Source of the DNA: Heterodontus francisci
Lineage: Eukaryota
Length of the DNA: 64,000 nucleotides
Assembly (NCBI RefSeq): GCF_036365525.1
Contig: NC_090376.1
Coordinates: forward strand, 61,158,559-61,222,558
Direction: 5' to 3'
The translations under genes were made by a program, and so were the position numbers. Positions 1 through 12,500 of the stretch are shown piece after piece. The notes beneath the pieces are model-generated. The model was not told the DNA's origin and searched no databases. It saw nothing but the letters and a program-made list of their open reading frames with translations. The stretch's first letter is position 1. Every line of letters begins with the position of its first letter.

Positions 1-135
1 AGGCAGGGAGCTGATCAGTGACGTCATGGACACATAGTGGAATTAAAATTCTACAGCCTATGGGGAAATCCCAAACTGCAGCTTCCCCACAACTTTCTGA
101 CTGACCTGCAGGTAGGGTAAGTACAAATTCCACCC
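1..135. mobile_element. Right end of a Harbinger-type DNA transposon or MITE
   Basis: Ends in AAATTCCACCC, similar to the AAATTCAGCCC termini of the two Harbinger elements. Confidence 0.45.
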
Positions 136-384
136 ATAGTGCTTTAAATTTCTTAAAATGTCCATACACTTAAATTTCCCTATTCCTTTAGTCAGCACCT
201 GTGCTCTGCCAACTGAGTCCATCTGTATACTGCTCTAGGCTGGTAGTCAATTCTGCTCCCCTCTCCAGCTAAGTCCAAGCTCATCTTTATTCTGCTCTAT
301 GACCTGTCCTCTAGTCTATACATACCAGTAACTATTGGATAGGGATAATGAAGACTTAGATAAAGAGAGTGAATTTTTTTTTAA

Positions 385-508
385 AAAGAGACTTGCATTG
401 CTATACTGTCCTTCATGAACTCAGGATGTCCCAAAGTGCTTTATAGCCAGTGAAATAATTTTTGAAGTGTAGTCATCGCTGTATTATAGGAATTAATGTT
501 GCAACAGC
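385..508 (-). mobile_element. Deu-domain SINE 3' fragment
   Basis: Reverse complement resembles the SINE tail at 29400-29525 and 55470-55575. Confidence 0.55.
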
Positions 509-558
509 GCGAGGACAGAGGGAACAGAGTGTGGAAAGGACAGGGAGAGAAAAAGAGA

Positions 559-1387
559 GTCTTGCACTCATCAGGATAATCTGCAAGAATACCAATGTAA
601 GGGAAAGCAACAACTTTATACTGTACGAGAAGGGAGTACTGATTGGTTGGCAAGTGAACTCTGATTGGTAGAGGCGCTGCCATGGAGAATGCACCAGTTT
701 ATGGTGACTGACAGTTAATTGTCAATATTGTTTGAAATTTAAAGCAGGCAGCTTGACTCTGATTGGTCAAGGCATTGCCCTGAGGAATGAACCAGTGAAT
801 GGCTGTCACTTATGTTGTTTAGCTGAAATAGGCACGCTGTGTGTACATGTTCTTTCTGTCTGCAAAAAACAGAGCCCTGTGTATTCATATATGTAGCTTC
901 CAGTATGCGCAAATACGCCACACTGCAAGCCCTACGGACAATCTTAAATTGGTTGTCAGCATAATTCTTAGCACACTGAGGATTATTTAGCAAATACCGT
1001 CCAATGGCAGAATCACATCTAATGTTGGACACTGCGTTTTGAGTTTTGCAAGCACAGGCTGGTTGGGTATAGCCTGTACCTTGACTGTTGCGAGCAGAAG
1101 GGACATGTTGTTTGATAGGATCCGCCAGTCTTTGGGATGTACGGCCTATACACCTAGCATCCCACTGGCATTGACATTCATATACCACATTACTCATTTG
1201 TGTGATAGGCAGGATGTCTTTTTGGCTTGACAGCAGCATCCCTTTAGTGGCGAACACCATACGTGTGCTACTGCATAGTAGCAGCGTGGAACAGCTAACT
1301 TCACCTGTTGCTCAAATTTTTGGGATACATTACCCTTCCAGAGTAATTTGAGGTAGACTGGGCACTTTTCAGGGCCAAAAATGACCA
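559..1387 (-). mobile_element. Penelope-like element, inverted partial 3' copy (GIY-YIG region plus 3' UTR)
   Basis: ORFs 739..1260 and 1194..1469 mirror 2511..3098; truncated inside the hammerhead motif. Confidence 0.88.
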
Positions 1388-1389
1388 AC

Positions 1390-3410
1390 CCGGACACATA
1401 CATCAATAAACCTGACAAAGGAACATAATGGTCATCCTTAACAAGCATGACCATCTCAACAAAATGCACAGCATTCTTAATGATGGGTCCAAATTCAAAT
1501 CAATTGGACCTACCGCTCAGCAATACCGAATAGCCTTGCTCAAAACGAAGCTCAAAAAAAATGCTTGCTGGACTTGTGTAAGAGTAATGAGCTGCTGGGT
1601 GTTAAAGATGACAGGGTTCATCCTCACGGCTCACTACGTCCACATATGTATGGGCTGCCCAAGGCACACAAAAATGATGTCCCTCTACCCCCCCCTATCT
1701 CATCTATGACCGGTTCTGCACATCATGAACTGGCCAAATGGTTGGGCAAATTGATACAACCAGTTGTGAGAAAGTTCTCCACATACACGATGAAGGACTC
1801 CTTCACATTTGCAAAGACCAAACAGGACTTGCATATTGATAGCAATGCCGTGTCCATGTGCTCATTTGGCATTGCTAGCCTACTCACCAATGTACCACTT
1901 GGGAAGTCACAGATATTTGCGCAGCAGTACTATATCATGACAATCTAAACCCACCACCATTGCATGAATCAGTATTAATTGAACTTATGAATTTAGCAAC
2001 TCACGCAGTTGAGTTCAGTTTTAATGACACCATGTATGCCCAAATGGATGGTGTTGCCATAGGATCCCCTCTAGGCCCAGCTCTGGCAAACATCTTTGTT
2101 GGGTTCCATGAGAAACGTGTCTTCGAGGGAATGACACCCAACGTCCTACCTTTTGCATATTTCTGATATGTAGGTGATACATTTGCTATATTTGAATCTG
2201 CAGCTGCATGCAGTAATTTCCTTGCAAATTTCTTTGAAATGGAGCAGTCAAATGAGCTCCCTTTCCTTGACGTACTAGTTGAGAAATCTGCTTAGGGGTT
2301 CTCTACCACTGTCTACCACAAACCTACCTTCACTGGTCAATACATGCGTTGGGATTCTTACAGTTCCACATGCTATAAGATTGCCCTTTTGGCAACCTCA
2401 TAAATCGGGCCCAAGTCATTTGCTCACCATGCAAGCTTGATGCTGAAATAGGGCGAATCAGGCATGCTGCGTGACAATGCCTGCTCACTCACTGTATATC
2501 GCGCAAACATATGAACGGACCTAAGGCCGTCATTTTCGGCTTTGAAAAGTGCCCAGTCTACCTCAAATTACCCTGGAAGGGTAATGTATCCCAAAAATTT
2601 GAGCAACAGGTGAAGCTAGCTGTTTCACACTGCTACTATGCAGTAGCAACACTTGTGGTGTTCGGCACCAACAGGATGCTGCTATCAAGCCAAAAAGACA
2701 TCCTGCCTATCACACAAATGAGTAACGTGATATATGAATTTCAATGCCAGTGGGATGCTAGGTATATAGGCCGTACGTCCCAAAGACTGGAGGATCATAT
2801 CAAACAACATGTCCCTTCTGTTGTTCGCAACAGTCAAGGTACATGCCGTACCCAACCAGCCTGTGCTTGCAAAACTCAAAATGCAGTGTCCAACATTAGA
2901 TGTGATTCCGCGATTGGACGACATTTGCTAAATAATCCTCAGTGTGCCAAGAATTATGCTGACAACCAATTCAAGATTGTCAGTAGGGCTCGCAGTGTGA
3001 TGTATTTGCACGTACTGGAAGCTACATATATAAATACACAGGCCCTGTTCTTTGCAGACAGAAAGAACATGTACACACATTGCGTCTATTTCAGCTAAAC
3101 AAAATATGTGACAGCCATTGGCTGGTTCATTCCTCGGGGGCAATGCCTTGACCAGCATCAAGCTGCCCGCTTTAAATTTCAAATAAAGATTAAGTTAACT
3201 GTCAGTCACCAGAAACTGGTGCATTCTCCATGGCAACGCCTCTACCAATCAGAGTTCACTTGCCAACCAATCAGCACTCCCTTCTCATACAGTGTAAAGT
3301 TGTTGCTTTCCGTTACATTGGTATTCTTTCAGATTGTCCTGATGAGTGCAAGGCGAAAAGCTTCGACAACATGTCTCTATTTTCAGCAATACTCAAGTTC
3401 TGTACTACAT
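1390..3410 (+). mobile_element. Penelope-like retroelement (RT plus GIY-YIG endonuclease), decayed
   Basis: KPDKG motif, MYGLPKAHK, QMDGVAIGSPLGPALANIF and VIYEFQC...YIGRT motifs; frameshifts and stops. Confidence 0.92.
3334..3369 (+). ncRNA. Minimal type I hammerhead ribozyme in the Penelope 3' repeat
   Basis: TTGTC-CTGATGA-GT(GCAAG)GC-GAAA-AGCT-TC-GACAA: stem I TTGTC/GACAA, conserved core, palindromic AAGCTT stem III. Confidence 0.8.
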
Positions 3411-3571
3411 ATAGAATAGTAAAATTTAATTACATGATTAATATATAAAAAACATTTCCTATATCTCATTGAACTAAAACATGAAGAAAACATAAAGCAA
3501 ACCCAGTAAACTTATTGTTACGAATGACTTGAGTTATAGTTACAATGCCATAAATGCCCCAGTCAAAATAC

Positions 3572-3670
3572 CTGTGACTCAAGGGTGGAGAAAACAAATC
3601 TCAGCTCTTGTAATCCATCTTTCCACCGCTGTTGTTGGCGAAGTAGGTCAATATTCATAAGAGCTACAAC
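3572..3670 (-). CDS. DYNC2H1: DYNC2H1 exon 15 (VVALMNIDLLRQQQRWKDGLQELR...ESQ)
   Basis: Manual translation; AG/GT borders; 99 bp; gene continues left of the window. Confidence 0.94.
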
Positions 3671-4069
3671 CTACAAGGACAAGATTTCCCTCATCAATAG
3701 CCACACTAACAAATTAATTTGTAACACAAATTTTTTTTTTTTAAACTATTTATGTTTTTAATTTCAGTGCTACAAACAAAGATGGCACAGGAGCTCCATA
3801 GTGCTAATAACACCTTAAAAGTACAGCTAAATAGAAAGTACCATTTATTTATTTTAAAAATAACAAACATAAAATTATATGAATCTTTACCTGCCAGAAT
3901 ACCACCAGGATCAATACGGCTACCAATTTCATATGCAATAGGCATTTGTACACCCTAATTTTGGCAATTAAACTCAAAGCATTGCCAGCTGATTACATTT
4001 TAGAAATTAACTGCTGAAATCTGAAACTCAAATGTTACATATTATGTCTGTGGTAGTTTTAAAAATTTT

Positions 4070-4880
4070 AATTTATTCATTCACCAGGTCTTGGCATCAC
4101 TGGCAAGAGCAGCATTTATTGTCCTAGTTGCCCTTGAGAAGATGGTGGTGAGCCATCTTTTTGAACTGCTCCTCTTTACCACTACTACCTAACAACCACT
4201 ATGGGAGTACCTATTCAGTATGGAGAAGGTACAACCAACAGTGCTGATAGATAGGAAGTTCTAGGATTTTGACCCAATGACTATGAATGAATGATGACGT
4301 GGGTCTAGGTGAGGATGACGTGTGACTTGGAAGTGGTGGTGTTGCCATGTGCCTGCTGTCCTTGTCCTGCTAGGTGGTAGAGGTCAGTGGTTTGGAAGGT
4401 GCTGTCAAAGAAGCCATGGCATGTTGCTACAGTATACCTTGTAGATAGTACACACTGCAGGCAAGATACGCTGGAGGTGGAGGGAGTGAATGTTTAAGGT
4501 GGTGGATGGGGTGCCAATCAAGCACTTATTTGTCCCAGAGAGCATTGAGCTTCCTGAATGTTGTTGGAACTGCACTCATCCAGGCAAGGGGTGAGTATTT
4601 CATCACACTCCTGACTTGTGCATTGTAGGTGATGGAAAGACTCTGGGAAGTCAGAAGGTGAGTCACTCAACACAGAATTCCCAACCTTTGACCTGTTCTT
4701 GTAGCCGCAGTATTGATGTAGCTGGTTCAGTTAAGTTCATGGTAAAGAGTATGTTCCAGCATGTTAATGATGAGGGAATAGAGCAATGGTAATGCCGTTG
4801 AATGTTAAGGGGGAGATGATTAAATTCTCTCGTTGGAGAAGGGCGTGCCTTTGTAGCATCCAAATCTGATGCCTAGATCG
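4070..4880 (-). mobile_element. CR1-clade LINE 3' fragment, decayed
   Basis: Homologous to 44700-45590; remnant REFNHLPL matches RESNHLPLTFN. Confidence 0.65.
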
Positions 4881-4934
4881 AAGCCAAGTGGTCCATCTGG
4901 TTTTATGCTTATTATATTTCTTTGTAACTGTTTG

Positions 4935-5266
4935 ATACAACGGAGTGGCTTGCTAGGCCATTTCAGAGGGCAACCACATTGCTCTAGCACTGGAGTCATT
5001 ACAATCAACACTGGTTAAGGACGGCAAGTTTCCTTCCCTAAAGGACAGTAGTGAATCATTTGGGTTTTTAAACACAATCCAATAGCTTCACAGTCACCAT
5101 TACCAATACTAGCTTTCTATTCAGTTTTTATTTTTTTTTTAAATTTTTTAAACTGAATTCAAATTCACAATCTGCCGTGGTGCCATTTGAGCTCATATCT
5201 CCGGTTTATTAATCCAGGCCGCTGCATTAATAATTTAGTAATATAACTACTAAACTACTGCACCCA
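4935..5266 (-). mobile_element. tRNA-derived SINE
   Basis: Shares TTTCCTTCCCTAAAGGACA..AGTGAA core with 6810-7235; tRNA-like head at right end. Confidence 0.65.
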
Positions 5267-6466
5267 GGTGGGGATGTTGGGGATGGATGGAAAAACAGGA
5301 CATTCATACTCAAGTAGGGGGTCACGGATATGAGCAGGAACCCTGCTGATTCATACTCTTCCCAACCCAACAACGGGAAAGTCAACTTTTGTGCTCCTAC
5401 CATTTGTCTTAGCTGATATAAACTAACGTAGCACAGACCAAGGATTAAACTCTAGCATCTTTCAGGAGCGCATGGTTCAATACTGCAACAATGTGCTGCA
5501 TTTAGCTTTTAAGCCATTGGAGGTGCCCAAGGTTAATGATTGTTTGCATAATCATAAAAACATTCTGAAGTTTTAGTGTGCGAGGTATGCATTTAAAATG
5601 TATTATTACATTTTGATAACTGTGGTCATTATTTGTACATGCTCCAAGTTACACTACAGTGTTTCCAATTCTATTTTTATGGTATACAAGTTACTGTGGC
5701 AGCATTGGTAAGGAATAATTGGAACAATATGTATTTATAGCACTTTGTTTGCTGTAGTCAGGTGGTCTAATTATATTTTTAAATTTGTTATTGTTGTCTT
5801 AAATGATCTTTTCAGAAATAGCAACAAAAAGGAGAAAATTGAATTAGCATACCTGCTGCAAAACCTATGTTAAAACAAATGGATGAGTCCATTATATTAA
5901 TAGGCAAGGTGATGGGTAGACGAGAGAACAGAAAGATATGGATGTTTCTTGAATTGGCAAAATGTAGATTGTAACATATGCCAGCATCTTTGTTGGCACC
6001 TCATATTATATACATAAATAATTTAGGCGTGGAAATAGAGGGAGCAATATGATAATTTGCCAATGTGGAGAGAGAGAAGGAAACAAACTAATATTTATAT
6101 AGTTACTTTTATAACTACAGGACATCTCAAATTACTACTGCCTTTGTCCTTATAAAGCAGTGCTTAGCATTCTCCAACTGTTAGACGGACAAGTTAAAGG
6201 AAGTGACAGAGGGAAAGGAAGCCAGTATTCAGAATATGAAATTAAAGGATTAAGGCAGGCAGAAAGGGATGAAACTGCCTGTGATTAAGTAGTTAACTGC
6301 CCAATGTTTGCTGACTATAGGCCAGCAAGGTAGCCTAATGATTAAAGAACAAATTTTTTTTTTAAATAAAAGGTATTTGTAACATTTGCTCAGCAAATTA
6401 AGTGGGATGTGTGAAGAATGAGTCTGATGGGCTAAATAGCCTTTCATGTTCCATACTTCATCTTAC

Positions 6467-6628
6467 CTTATCACGGAAATCAGTGTGACATTTCCTCAGC
6501 TTTCTGTTCTCTGTGGTAAGACGTTCCGCTGCAGTGTGCAGTTTCTGAATATAGACCTCTAGCTCCTTAGGATTATCCCAAGTGATCTGTACTTTTCCAC
6601 CAGATTCCTTGGATCCAGCTTTTGGGTT
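6467..6628 (-). CDS. DYNC2H1: DYNC2H1 exon 14 (NPKAGSKESGGKVQITWDNPKELE...TDFRDK)
   Basis: Within ORF 6458..6685; AG/GT borders; 162 bp. Confidence 0.95.
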
Positions 6629-6809
6629 CTGATTAAAGATGATGAAAATAATTTTAAAGTCGTCACTAAGCTCCTGAACAATCACTGTGCAAGCTGAGAG
6701 CAGCCAGAGCTGCTGGACCAGGATCAGAAAGCAGCAGCAACCGCCAAGCTACGATGAGACATTGGTCAATGCAGTGTGCCAACTATGAGTGAAGCAAACA
6801 GAGTTCTTT

Positions 6810-7235
6810 TTATTCAATCACAGGATATGGGCATCGCTGATAATGGCAGCATTTATTACCCAAACCTAAATGACGTAGAGAAAGTAGTGGTAAGCCATCT
6901 TGAATACAACTGAGTGGCTTGCTAGGCCATATCGGAGGGCAGTTAAGTGTTCACCACAGTGCTGTGGGTCTGGAGCCATTGGTAGGCCAGACCAGGTAAG
7001 GATAGAAGATTTCCTTCCCTAAAGGACATTAGTGAACCAGATGGGTTTTTCTGATAATTCAGTAGTTTCATTGTCACTATTGTTGATACTAGTTTTTTTA
7101 TTTCAGATTTATTAAATTAACAATTTTTAAATTTCCCAGCTGCTGTGGTAGGATTTGAACTCATATCACCCAATCATTAGTCCAAGCCACTGGTTTACTG
7201 TTCCAGTAACATAGCCACTATACTACCATACCCCC
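6810..7235 (-). mobile_element. tRNA-derived SINE whose 3' tail matches the LINE at 4070
   Basis: Box-B-like sequence on minus strand; tail GCAGCATTTATT...GGTAAGCCATCTT matches about 4110-4165. Confidence 0.7.
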
Positions 7236-7759
7236 AGGTAGCTGTTTCTTTAATGACTGTGAAATTTGCATTGAATGTAAAACTTTGAGATAAGTACCTC
7301 GACATCCATCTTCCCCATTAAGACTCTGCTTAAAAACAAACTCTTTGACCGATCGTTTCGTCACCTTGACTAATATCTCCTTACTTTGGCTGAGCATCCA
7401 TGTTTTTCTGATTACTCCTGCAAAGCAGGCTGCAATGCTTTTCCATATTACAGGCACTACATAAATGCAAGTTATTTTTGCTGTTGTTGAAAAAGCACTA
7501 TTATGCTGCATGGTAGCAGAGAAGAAATCCAGCACAATTCTGCCACATCAGTGAAGGGAATATTTCCTCTGGTCACAATTTCCAGAAAAATAATAAACAT
7601 CCAGAATGCATTCACAACTTTACTGAAACTACAGATACAGGGAAAGCTTCCCAATGAAAACTGACCTCTGTCCAACACTGCGCTGTTGCATATTGACACC
7701 TCAACAGGTTACATGACTGAACTTCTTGTTTACTTTTTGGGGCTTTATCATGCAAACAT

Positions 7760-9395
7760 ACGAATTAGGAGCAGGAATAGGCCACTCGGCCCTGCGAGCC
7801 TGCTCCGCCATTCAATAAGTTCATGGCTGAACTGATTACTCCACATTTCCACCTATCCCTGATAACCTTCCACCCCCTTGCTCATCAAGAATCTATCGAC
7901 CTCTGCCTTAAAAATATTCAAAGACTCTGCTTCCACCGCCTTTTGAGGAAGAGAATTCCAAAGACTCACGACCCTTGGAAAGAAAAAATTTCTCCTCATC
8001 TCGGTCTTAAATGGGAAACCTCTTATTTTTAAACAGTGACCCCTGGTTCTAAATTCTCCCACAAGGGGAGACATCCTTTCCACATCCATTCTGTCAAGAC
8101 CCCTCAGGATCTTATATGTTTCAATCAAGTCGCCTCTTAATCTTCTAAATTCCAAAAGATACAAGCCTAGCCTGTCCAATCTTTCTTCGTAAGATAGCAC
8201 GTCTATTCCAGGTATTAGTCTAGTAAACCTTCCCTGTACTGCCTCCACGCATTCTCATCCTTCCTTAAATAAGGAGACCAGTACTGTACACAGTACTCCA
8301 GATGTGGTCTCACCAATGCCCTGGATAACTGAAGCATAATCTCCCTATTTTTGTATTCAATTCCCCTCGCGATAAATGATAGCATGCTATTAGCTTTCTT
8401 AATTACGTGCTGTACCTGCATATTAACCTTTTGCGATTCATGCACGAGGACACCCAGATCCCTCTGCATCTCAGAGTTCTGCAATCTATCACCATTTAGA
8501 TAATAAGCTTCTTTTTGATTTTTCCTGCCAAAGTGGACAATTTCACAGTTTCCCACATTATACTCCATTTGCCAGGTCTTTGCCCACTCACTTAACCTAT
8601 CTATATCCCTTTGTAGCCTCCTCATGTCCTCTTCACAAGTTACTTTCCTACCTATCTTTGTGTCATCAGCAAATTTAGCAACCATACCTTCGGTCCCTTC
8701 ATCTAAGTCATTTATATAAATTGTAAAAAGTTGAGGCCCCAGCACAGATCCCTGTGGCACACCACTCATTACATCTTGCCAACCAGAAAATGACCCATTT
8801 ATGCTTATTCGCTGTTTCCTGTTAACTAGCCAATCTTCTATCCATGCCAATATTACCCCCTGCACCATGAGCTTTTATTTTCTGCAATACCCTTTGATGC
8901 GGCACCTTATCAAATGCCTTCTGGAAATCTAAGTACAATACATCCACGGGTTCCCCTTTATCCACAGCACGTGTAACTCCCTCAAAGAACTCCAATAAAT
9001 TGGTTCAACATGATTTCCCCTTCACAAAACCATGTTGACTCTGCTTGATTACCTTGAATTTTTCTAAATGCCCCGCTATAATGTCTTTAATAACAGCTAA
9101 CATTTTCCCCAAGACAGATGTTAAGCTAACTTGACTGTAGTTTCCTGCTTTCTGTCTCCTTCCCTTTTTGAATAAAGGAGTTACATTCGCAATTTCCAAT
9201 CTAATGGAACCTTCCCTGAATCTAGGGAATTTTGGAAAATTAAAACTAACACATCAACTATCTCACTAGCCACTTCCTTTAACACCCTAGGATGAAGTCC
9301 ATCAGGAGCCAGGGACTTGTCAGCCCACAATTCCAACAATTTGTTCAGTACCACTTCCCTGGTGGTTGTAATTTTCTTGAGTTCCTCCCTCCCTT
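7760..9395 (-). mobile_element. CR1 LINE, 5'-truncated
   Basis: GVPQGSVLGP, KFADDTK and RPHLEYCVQ motifs; CR1 3' tail. Confidence 0.95.
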
Positions 9396-9568
9396 CCACA
9401 GTTTGTACCTTCTGCAATCCACAGATATTACAATTGCAGAGATTTTCCACAAAAGTTCATGCACGGGGCAGAAGAGTGGGTTTTCAAGCATTATGGCAAG
9501 TATAATACGCATGTGTTTACATTTATTCATTTGAAGGTATATTAACAGCAACAGAGTTAAGAGTTTTG

Positions 9569-12500
9569 CGGCCTGATTTTTCCTGCAGGGCCGGGAAACT
9601 GACATCGGGACTGTTTCCGGGTGCTGATCCCGCCCCCAGGGGAAGCAGTCACAGGCCCCAATTTTCACAGGGGCGGCCTGTTACTTAACTGGAGGGTGGG
9701 TTGGGCGGCTAATTAGCAGCCGTGGGGGTGGGAATGGAGGTGCGACTGAAAAAGAGTGTAGTCCCAATTTAAACAGACCATGGCAGTCATTACTGTGGCT
9801 GCCTTTTGACTAAAACATTTGCAGTATCACTCATGAAGCAGGAAAGATAGAGGGCTGGAACCTGGGCAAACCTGGAGGTCCTTCCTGAGGCAGTGAGGGA
9901 GAGGAGGGAGGTCCTCTTTCCAGTGGGTGGCAGGAGAAGGCCATCCTCCCAAGCCAAGCAGGCCTGGATAGAGGTGGCTGAGAACTGAGCAGATGGTGTG
10001 TGGTCAGGAGGAACTGGGTGCAGTGCAGGAAAAGGTTCAGTGGCCTTATTTGCTCTGACAAGGTGAGTGCAATGCCAAACCCTCATGACAGACCTCTGGA
10101 TATTCAATCCACAGCAGACACTACATCTGAAGAGCCTGAGGATGCATGCTGCTGCTGAACATGGGAGAGATGGGTGCCCAGGGTATTTACTGACCTCTCA
10201 GCAAGGCTCAGAGCCATAGTGCTGCTGAGGACCTGCCAGCACTAATATATGCAGCTTCTTGTGTCAATGAGCCGTTGGCATTAATCAAAAAGAGGCCAGC
10301 AGTGCCTTATCTCTCTCTCTCTCTTTAGTCCTTGCAACAGAAATGCCCATGGAAGGGCACAGACCGGATGAAGGGTTCCCCCATCCTTCACATCGTCACT
10401 GCCATGGAAGAGAGAGCAATGAAGATGACCAGGGTGGCTGACCACAAGAAAATCAGGGAAGGCGAGACAGGCATCCCTTGTGGCGCAGGTGAATAGAAAT
10501 TGCAATGCTTAGATACACTCCAGCTATCCGAAGACTCAGCAGCACTGGGAACCTTCAGTACTGCAGAGGTTTCTACTCCCCAAGGCTTGTTCTCATCATC
10601 TCTTCTGGTGTCTCCCAATTTCAAATGTTGAGGTTGAAGGTCAGCTTCCTGTGTCTGCGCCAGACCACACTACCAGAAGAGACCTCAGAGCAATCAGCCA
10701 AACACAATACAAGTGCACCCTCCACCAGCTCCAATGCAGTCACCTCAGTGGATCCCTGTGCATGGTGATCAGCAAGTCACAAGTGAACAGGAGTAGATGA
10801 GAGAGGCAGAAGCAGCTGTGGGCAGTCCCCAGAGGACAGAGGACAGGCACAGCCATGCTCATCTGGGCAGAGATACAGGGCCTCGGGAGTCACAAGAAAG
10901 GAGGCTTTACTTAGATCAGCAACAACAGATGTGCTCTCACATATCAGAGTTCCCTGAAGCAGTATGGGGTCATGGGCTGAGAATGGAGGAGTCCATTCAG
11001 CTCATGTTTGTCACCACTGCTCAGGGCTTTCAAGCCTTTGAGTGCAGGAGTTTTTCCACTGAGAAAGTGGCCGTCTCATGGAGGGCCACATGCGGCAGCA
11101 CACGGAGTGCATGCAAGAACGTTTATAGAATGAATGCCACACTTAGTTGCCTTGACTGGTCAGTGGCACTGGTGGCGGAGATGTCTGGAGGGGATGCCAG
11201 TTGTGCCCCAGCTGGTGCTCCTCTTCAGCCATTCAGAGCGACAGCCAAGGGCTGAGGCAGTCACCAAGAAGGATGAGGCCTCCATGGGGCACCATCATCG
11301 GCCTCCTTGGCCCCTCTGATTGAGGGGGCCATCTGTGCAGCAGGGCCCAGTGACGGAAGCTGCCCCTGCAATGATGTCAGTACAGCAACCTCTGGAGGTG
11401 CCCCCACTGGCACCTTCACGAGAATAACCACCACCTGCATCTCAGCCACAAGCAGAGACAATCGAGAAGTGTGCCTCCACCTCATCTGAGGCCACAAGTG
11501 GCCAAGAGAGGAGGCCATAGTGTTGGTCAGAGCACTGAGTAATTCACTGGGATTTGTTTCACTTGCAACTGTGCACTTTTCCAATTTTTCAACACCATGT
11601 AAACATTGGCACACGACACCAGATGTGTGAGCTTCCATTTTTTAAATGGCAGGACAAGAAAAGAGGGATGAAGTAGTGAAGGGGAACAAGGGTCTGTGAA
11701 CAGGACAGTGAAACCTCTGGACAGATGTGCATCCTTCATTGGTGGTAAAGAATGGATGTATTCCAGGCTGCGTCTACAATGCAAGTGCTCTCGCAGGCAG
11801 CCCAAGACGAGTTCCAGACCATTCCGTCCTCCTGGGTTTGAAGAGTTCAGCTGAAATGTGCCTGGCATTGATGGCATCCTAATGAGTCTCTCAAGTCCCA
11901 TGTCGGGCCCAGCCAGCTCCTCGTGCAGCCAGAGCACCTGTATTCTGCATCTTCCTTTTCCTCCTCCTCTAATGAGCTGCGTTGTTGCAGGGCCTCACTC
12001 TCTTCAAGGTGCACATCTCTCTGGAAAGCCATGTTATGGAGAGCACAGCAGTTCACGACAATGTGCAAGACCTTTGCAGGAGCATACTGGTCCAGGCACT
12101 GGAACTACATCTTCAGAAGCCCATTGGCCTGTCCGATGTGGGCCTTGTGAGCAGATGGCTTCAGTTGTACAGCCTCTGTGGCTCAGTCTTGCAGTCTCAT
12201 AAAAGGGTGAGTAGCCATCTCTTCAAGGGACATCCCTTGTCCTCTAGAATCCAACCACATAGTTTGTAGGGGTGGAATGAATAGCTGCAGCACCTGCTGG
12301 AGGATGAAGGAGTCATGGCAGCTGCCAGGAATGTGAACACACACGTGCAGGAAGCTCGTGTTGTGGTCACAGACCAGTTGAATGTTGAGGGAATGGAAGC
12401 CCTTCCTGTTGATGAATCTCACTGGCTGGTCAATGGATGACCACATGGGTGCAATCGATGATGCCCTGCACCTGGGGAATCCAAAACTGGAGGCAAAACC

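Noticed and set aside
6665-6790. Minus-strand reading LAHCIDQCLI...AALA after an AG, resembling exon 13 (VAHF...IDQQMI)
   Set aside because: The real exon 13 is at 13627-13722; the similarity is weak, there is an in-frame stop and no donor site, so it is probably chance.
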